Positions 63,917 through 64,000 of a DNA stretch of 64,000 bases are shown in pieces. Position 1 is the stretch's first letter; every line of letters starts with the position of its first letter. The DNA comes from Glaucostegus cemiculus (taxonomy: Eukaryota). The DNA is taken from assembly GCA_976551045.1 (NCBI GenBank), contig CDPCPM010000369.1:620001-684000 (forward strand), read 5' to 3'. A model generated the notes under the pieces. It worked only from the letters and a program-made list of their open reading frames with translations, had not been told where the DNA came from and made no database searches. A program made the position numbers and the translations under genes.

Positions 63917-64000
63917 AATAAATTAAGTTAGAGTTTACACTGTAGGGTTTACTTGATGTATTAGAGGGAGAGAGAGAAGAAGCGAGAAAGAACGAGTGCA

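Overview
Vertebrate, repeat-rich genomic window. The repeat set (HE1-like V-SINEs, CR1/HER1-like LINEs, Rex1/Babar LINEs, Deu-domain SINEs, Penelope termini) points to a cartilaginous fish, probably a ray or skate; this is an inference. I found no recognisable host protein-coding gene, tRNA, rRNA or known miRNA. Every ORF I could identify is a decayed retroelement: CR1 ORF1 esterase, endonuclease and RT; Rex RT; L2/Crack RT; the Penelope C-terminus; and Gypsy RNase H/integrase. Non-repeat signals include a CpG-rich promoter-like patch at ~6.1-6.5 kb and a ~15 kb CpG-retaining domain (~11.9-26.9 kb) with several enhancer-like, homeodomain/TCF-motif-rich blocks. There are also a cryptic AT-rich ~30-35 bp array and several well-formed minus-strand splice units that may belong to a lncRNA. 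The most specific functional-RNA signal is a minimal type I hammerhead ribozyme motif in the Penelope termini. There is one assembly gap (43717-43868). Repeat boundaries were read by eye and are approximate.
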